From the NCBI GenBank assembly GCA_965206745.1, contig OZ242220.1, positions 160,001 to 224,000 on the forward strand: a DNA stretch of 64,000 nucleotides. Reading direction: 5' to 3'. Each line of letters opens with the position of its first letter. Position 1 is the stretch's first letter. Of this stretch, positions 61,459 through 64,000 are shown piece after piece. The notes under the pieces were generated by a model. The model saw nothing but the letters and a program-made list of their open reading frames with translations. It did not search any database and was not told the origin of the DNA. Source of the DNA: Nitrosopumilus sp. Lineage in GTDB: Archaea; Thermoproteota; Nitrososphaeria; Nitrososphaerales; Nitrosopumilaceae. Position numbers and translations under genes: made by a program.

Positions 61459-63219
61459 GTGGCTGGAAATGCAATACTGGTACTAGCAGTGCTATTTGTC
61501 GGAATGATGATTATTCCGGCATATGCAGAATCCTCTCCACGGGAGCAACTCAGAGACGGCATTTCAATAAACCAGATCCAGTGCGGTGAGGAAAAGACCC
61601 TCATACAGTCAGCTACAGGCAAGCCTGCATGCGTCTTTGATGCCACCTTGGAAAGACTCCTTGTGCGTGGATGGAGCATTATACAAGTCGAACCAATCCC
61701 TGAACCTCAAGTGGTATTAGACACACCATCTGACCAACCGGCAGAAGAACATTCTCCTGAAGATGACATCATGTATCTACTAGCTCGTGGTCACATCACC
61801 ACAAAGTATGCCCCAAAGCTGCCAGATCCTGATGCAGTCTGGTTTCCCATGCCCCTTGCAGATGCCGAAGTAGTACTGCAGCGTCTTTTAGATGCATACG
61901 ATGACAGGATTGTATTTTATGAGCAACCAAATGATTATTGCCATACTTTGGGCACGTGTCGTGTTCCCAACAGTACTGGCATCTTTCAACCCTCTTTAGA
62001 ATTCACTGGACGTTATTTCTATGCCACAGAAAAGGGTGGTGAGGTTGTATTACAAAAGAAACATGGAAGCTTTGATATTGACGCACCACAAGTCATACGC
62101 AGGATAGAGTACACCATACCCGAACATATCCCACATGATCAACGGGAAGAGTTTATCACCTCGTTTATGGACAGGGCCGGATTTTACAACTCCTACATAG
62201 GTGGTCATCTAAGTGAGAGGTTTGTTGTCTATGGAGGAATGGATCCCGTAGACGTATATGATTCGGTTGTCTTTTCAAGCAAGAAGGCCGGTACAGAGAT
62301 AAGCTTCTCTGGTTGGACAAATAATGCAAAATCACTTGCCGCTTCATTTCTAAGTAATTCTGAACTGGAAAGACGTGCATACGAATTTGCAAGAAAACAC
62401 ATGCATCTGATTAAACCGGAACATTGTGAAATATTTAGGGAAGAACCTCTATCAGGCCGTGTATTTAATGGATTCACATATGCCGGAACTTCATTTACGA
62501 GTATATCCATAGGTCATTGTGTTGCAATGAATAGTTCGCATCTGATGCTAGTAAATGTAGAAAACCTGGAAGGTGAGATCGTCTTTTTTGACAGGCCACA
62601 GTGGCTAGTTGATGACTGGTATGAAAAAGTTGATACTCCAAAATATGCCCTGACCCATTTGCAATCAAAAATGCAGGAACAACCAGTAACAGCTAAACCA
62701 ATACCGGCTATAAAACCAATTACAGTCACATCAACAGAGGACCTCCTTGAATCCCACTACCATGAAAACGGAAATTTGTTAGATGAGAAATGGTACCATG
62801 AAAGCGGAAATCCAAAAACTCAAAAAAAATACAACCTGTTTGGAAATGGAAATTTGGAACGGGAAACCCATTACCATGATGATTATAACGGATTTATAAA
62901 ATCTGACAAAGAGTGGAATGATAACGGACAATTATCAAGCGAGGGAGAATGGCATGAAAATGGAAAAACAAAATTTCGACGTACCTGGCATGATAATGGA
63001 CAATTATCATATGAAATCATTTGGACATATGATGAAAATTGGAAACCACACTTTCTAAGTAAACTTTATTATGAAAATGGAAATTTAAACGTTGAATCAA
63101 AAAAGGTTGCATCAACCAATTATGAAAATAGGATGATGAAAAAATATTATGCACGTTACTATGAGGATGGAGAATTATATTATGAACGACACTATGACGA
63201 TCGTGGAAAAAGAATTTGA
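61459..63219 (+). CDS. Secreted protein: shared Cys-pair head, unique middle domain, C-terminal MORN2-like repeats
   Basis: N-terminal ~75 aa homologous to 36652 gene; WHENG/YYENG repeats at the C-terminus. Confidence 0.82.
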   Translation: MAGNAILVLAVLFVGMMIIPAYAESSPREQLRDGISINQIQCGEEKTLIQSATGKPACVFDATLERLLVRGWSIIQVEPIPEPQVVLDTPSDQPAEEHSPEDDIMYLLARGHITTKYAPKLPDPDAVWFPMPLADAEVVLQRLLDAYDDRIVFYEQPNDYCHTLGTCRVPNSTGIFQPSLEFTGRYFYATEKGGEVVLQKKHGSFDIDAPQVIRRIEYTIPEHIPHDQREEFITSFMDRAGFYNSYIGGHLSERFVVYGGMDPVDVYDSVVFSSKKAGTEISFSGWTNNAKSLAASFLSNSELERRAYEFARKHMHLIKPEHCEIFREEPLSGRVFNGFTYAGTSFTSISIGHCVAMNSSHLMLVNVENLEGEIVFFDRPQWLVDDWYEKVDTPKYALTHLQSKMQEQPVTAKPIPAIKPITVTSTEDLLESHYHENGNLLDEKWYHESGNPKTQKKYNLFGNGNLERETHYHDDYNGFIKSDKEWNDNGQLSSEGEWHENGKTKFRRTWHDNGQLSYEIIWTYDENWKPHFLSKLYYENGNLNVESKKVASTNYENRMMKKYYARYYEDGELYYERHYDDRGKRI

Positions 63220-63504
63220 TAACTAGTACCTGTGAGACATACATGACTGCAAAGATTCTAAACGAGTACTGCCTCACTGGTTATGGTGTGCATTTTCGTC
63301 ACTAGGAACGGAATCAAGCATGTATTTCGTGCGTAAAATCATGATTTTATTCTCAGATGTGACACAAGATCTATCTGTGACAGGATTCAATCCTTCTGAA
63401 TGCATAGTAAATCTCTTATTGCATTAAATTACGAAAATCTCATTGAATAAGATCATCTTGTTATTAATGCAGATAACATCAAGTGCAGATGGAGCAACGG
63501 TACA

Positions 63505-64000
63505 ATGAACAGAACTATCATTTTAGCAATATGTGCAGTACTGGTTGCATCCTCGATCATACTATACGGTTCAAGCCAAATTGCACAGTCAGGTACAGAT
63601 GGAATACCGTATGATGGAACACAGATAATCTCAGAATCTATAGCATCTGCAAACAACGAATTTGCAGTTGACTTTTACAAGCAAGTTCTAGATGAAGAGT
63701 CAAGCAAAAACATATTCTTCTCACCTGCCAGCATGTATGTTGCATTCTCGCTTTTGTACGAGGGTGCAAAGAATGAGACAGCAGAGCAGATACAGCAGGT
63801 GTTTGGATTCGAGCCCAATGTATCTGCACGTCACAACGCCACATCTCACGCACTGTCATCGCTGAATCGTGATGACCCTCATGCAACACTAAACATGGCA
63901 AGCGCACTGTGGATTGCAAACCATTTTGCACCATACGAATCCTATCTTGATGTTGCGCGCAGCACATACCTTGCAGGGGCACAGACAGTGGATTTTACAG
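63505..64000 (+). CDS. Serpin (serine protease inhibitor), secreted, partial
   Basis: MNRTIILAICAVLV...ANNEFAVDFYKQV...NIFFSPASMYVAFSLLYEGAKNETAEQI; open to the window end. Confidence 0.9.
   Translation, partial: MNRTIILAICAVLVASSIILYGSSQIAQSGTDGIPYDGTQIISESIASANNEFAVDFYKQVLDEESSKNIFFSPASMYVAFSLLYEGAKNETAEQIQQVFGFEPNVSARHNATSHALSSLNRDDPHATLNMASALWIANHFAPYESYLDVARSTYLAGAQTVDFT

Overview
Chromosomal segment of an ammonia-oxidising archaeon (Nitrosopumilaceae, Nitrososphaerota/Thaumarchaeota), inferred from Nitrosopumilus-like genes and gene order: tmk-HD-pyrH, split A/V-type ATP synthase cluster around amt, pyrI/pyrB, NikR-like regulator with a Zn/Mn ABC transporter, CopCD fusion, PEFG- and CFI-box-CTERM cupredoxins, thiolase/DUF35, nrdJ, nep1, tRNA-Gly, rps19e. 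Two accessory islands (about 36.3-42.0 kb and 58.8-64 kb) encode secreted MORN2/YwqK-repeat proteins and a serpin. With several pseudogenes and an IS66-like remnant, this suggests a host-associated lineage (inference). Most notable unannotated signals: (i) a dispersed 47-bp imperfect palindrome (3 clear copies, 1 decayed), mostly at island borders; (ii) a ~250-nt structured, promoter-preceded candidate ncRNA at 57.72-57.97 kb; (iii) a mosaic cupredoxin array with near-identical DNA modules and a ~190-aa Met/Asp tract; (iv) promoter plus N-terminal head modules reused on different secreted proteins; (v) an HTH-ATP-cone-NrdD-like protein lacking the glycyl-radical loop, just upstream of nrdJ. 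All calls come from reading the sequence and recalling protein families; no database searches were run.
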